DNA of 64,000 nucleotides, from NCBI GenBank assembly GCA_030390025.1, contig CM059438.1:69194001-69258000 (forward strand). The letters are read 5' to 3'. This stretch comes from Squalus acanthias. Its lineage: Eukaryota. The notes under the pieces are model-generated. The model was not told the DNA's origin and ran no database searches. It saw only the letters and a list, made by a program, of their open reading frames with translations. A program made the translations under genes and the position numbers. Of this stretch, positions 61,811 through 64,000 are shown one piece after another (positions within the stretch are counted from its first letter, which is position 1; each line of letters begins with the position of its first letter).

Positions 61811-63649
61811 GTAGCAGCGGTTTTATTACAGTTTTTAGAATCTTACAGTCTGTAATTAGGGATGGGTATGTTAAACGGTTTGATAGCCTAAATGCAAATT
61901 TCCAGTGTGATCAGTTCCTGGAACAGCTGGGAGTATCTTTGACTGAAGATTTTGTGTTGTACTGCCATATTTGACCTTTGTGTCAAGTTTACGTCTCTTC
62001 TTTTTCATTCTTGTCTTTGTTATTATTAGAATGGAACTAAAATAATCAGTAGCAGAAGGCAAAATTGTTGTGGAAGGGCCGTTACATTAACTAGACTGTG
62101 CCTTTAATTTTACAGTGCAATTCTGAAGCCAGGAAATTTGAGGCCTTATATGTGTGGTCGGGCTTATCGCCTGAGGACCTGTGTTGCCTAAAATGAAGTG
62201 CTCATCCTATTACTTAAGAGTATTTGCCTTCTCAATGAGCATCATCCAGCTTTATTGATCCATTTGAATTACCTCTGAGCAAAGTGATGAGATCAAAAGT
62301 GTTGACATTCTGGCGCAGTGCGTGCATTACTGGTGTTGCAAAAAATATGTTTGCTTTCCACTGTCTCAGGAATTGTGTGAGCCTGTCAATCCCCCACAAG
62401 ACAAGACCGTTTTAATAGAGGTCGTCCCCAACTCCTAAACGAAAGAGCAGCAGATCCCAGCTATCTACAGGACGGCTTTCTTCACAGTTCCATCAGAATC
62501 TGATACAAACTGCCAGCAGCCGTTTCCCCGCAGCTGTGGCATGAACCTTGCTGTGTTGTCATCAATAGTTGCACTGGTTTTGCAGGGTCCAAGACCTATC
62601 TTAAGAATTGGTTCTCAGCAGTAGCAGCCCACTGTACATGCCAGCAATTCAGTTTTTGGCTGAGCAGTTAGGAAAAGCCAGATGGAAACTCATAAAACTG
62701 TGCAATAGATCTTTTGTCATTCTGGTGCTTTGGAATTCATTCCACATTATAAAGCGTTTTCACCTTGCGGCTCCACTTTCGGGAGAGTGGCACAATGCCA
62801 GCCAACTAGCTCAGGTTTCCGCTCCCCCACCCAAACCCGCCCCCCCCACCTCCGATTTATTTTACCACCATAGGATGGCAATTGGGAATAGGGATACTCA
62901 TTTGCTGCACATCATTGCGACGCATTTACAATGGGCTCCTCTGACTCAACAGATATATGACGCTGTGAGTGTCATAACATCAGACGCAGTATGTTTTATG
63001 GAGCCAGCAGTACTGGCTCAAAGTCCCCACAAAAAGACATGTCTCCATTGCCGTTGCAACAACGTAGGTCAGGTCACTTGTATTGCCAAGCGCGGCCGAC
63101 AGCAGGAGAATCGCACACTGGCTATTGACCGTGCTGCAGCAATGGAAAAGCACCTAAAAACCGGGCAGATTCCACAGCGCCGGGGACCTTCAGGCAATAG
63201 TGCAAAATGACCTGTTGGAGCAGTTCTGCAATATTAAAATGCCACAACTTGGCACGTTCTGGCACACAATGCATGTGAGGGTTTTTTTTTTTAAGCGGAT
63301 GTAAATCCAATTTGAAGTAGGTGCTGTTTCCATCAGATATCCGCATGCCACACTTCAGAACATCAGAATCCAGAAATATTCAGCCTCATCAATCTGAAGG
63401 CAGAGGTAGTGTGCCGGCGTTTCAGCCACAGGCATGATTGTGAGGCTGTGGTTGATTGGAAATGTAAATACGTGCTTCTTTCAAATTCTCAACGACTGAA
63501 ATACGTCTTCCAGTTCTTTCCTTCCCCTCCCCCACTCATGGCCGAACGTTGTGGTATCGTTATGGCAGGTCAATGGCTAAACTGTTTTCAGGACCAGCAA
63601 GAGCCTGATCTTTCAACAATTCAACTGGTGCTACAAAGTATTATAAAGT

Positions 63650-64000
63650 ATTTGCAGCACAGAAACTGGCCATTCGGCCCAACAGATGGGTTTCTGCTCC
63701 ACACGAGCCCTCCTCCAGCTCCTCTTCATCTAACCCCATCAACATATCCTTCTATTCCTTTCTCCCTCATGTGCTTATCTAGCTTCCCTTTGAATGCATC
63801 GATGCTAATTGCCCCAACCACTCCCTGTGGTAGTGAGTTCCACATTCTCACCACTCTCTGGGGACATCAGTTCCTCCTCAATTCCCTACTGGATTTATTA
63901 GTGATATCTTATATTTATGGCCCCTCGTTCTGGTCTCGCCCACAAATGGAATTTCTTCTCTACGTCTAGACTATCAAATCCTTTCATAATCTTGAAGACC
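63650..64000 (-). mobile_element. CR1 3' fragment running off the window
   Basis: ggccattcggcccaac...gagttccacattctcaccactctctgg; reverse complement of the 47905-48200 type. Confidence 0.8.

Noticed and set aside
62608..63210. 200-aa plus-strand ORF
   Set aside because: Non-ATG start, no domain features, and it overlaps decayed MITE-like sequence.

Overview
This 64 kb window is vertebrate, repeat-dominated intronic or intergenic DNA. The repeat repertoire points to a cartilaginous fish, probably a shark (inference: CR1 LINEs with 8-nt tails, DeuSINE/SacSINE1-like SINEs, L2, RTE, Penelope-derived elements and many PIF/Harbinger elements). No host protein-coding gene could be identified with confidence; only weak orphan-exon candidates were seen (about 1346+, 43600-43744-, 46564-46681-). 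The window is a nested transposon landscape. (1) A complete but mutated PIF/Harbinger transposon (13718-18019, TSD AAA) carries convergent DDE-transposase and three-exon Myb/SANT-like genes and sits inside a CR1, which sits inside another LINE. (2) There are four other decayed Harbinger copies, about eight Harbinger-type MITEs (some with 3-bp TSDs) and two palindromic MITEs; two MITEs derive from the full-length family and carry a large internal fold-back. (3) A near full-length CR1 has an esterase-type ORF1 but has lost its RT region. (4) There is a 1.75 kb solo LTR with a 4-bp TSD plus two smaller LTR candidates. (5) A Penelope-derived insert with a 16-bp TSD carries an intact-looking minimal hammerhead ribozyme. 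The most notable observations are the hammerhead, the AT-hook and variable heptad array in the Harbinger Myb partner, a cis-motif retained in four Harbinger copies, and hairpins that are conserved in position but not in sequence between MITEs. All calls come from reading the sequence; no searches were run.
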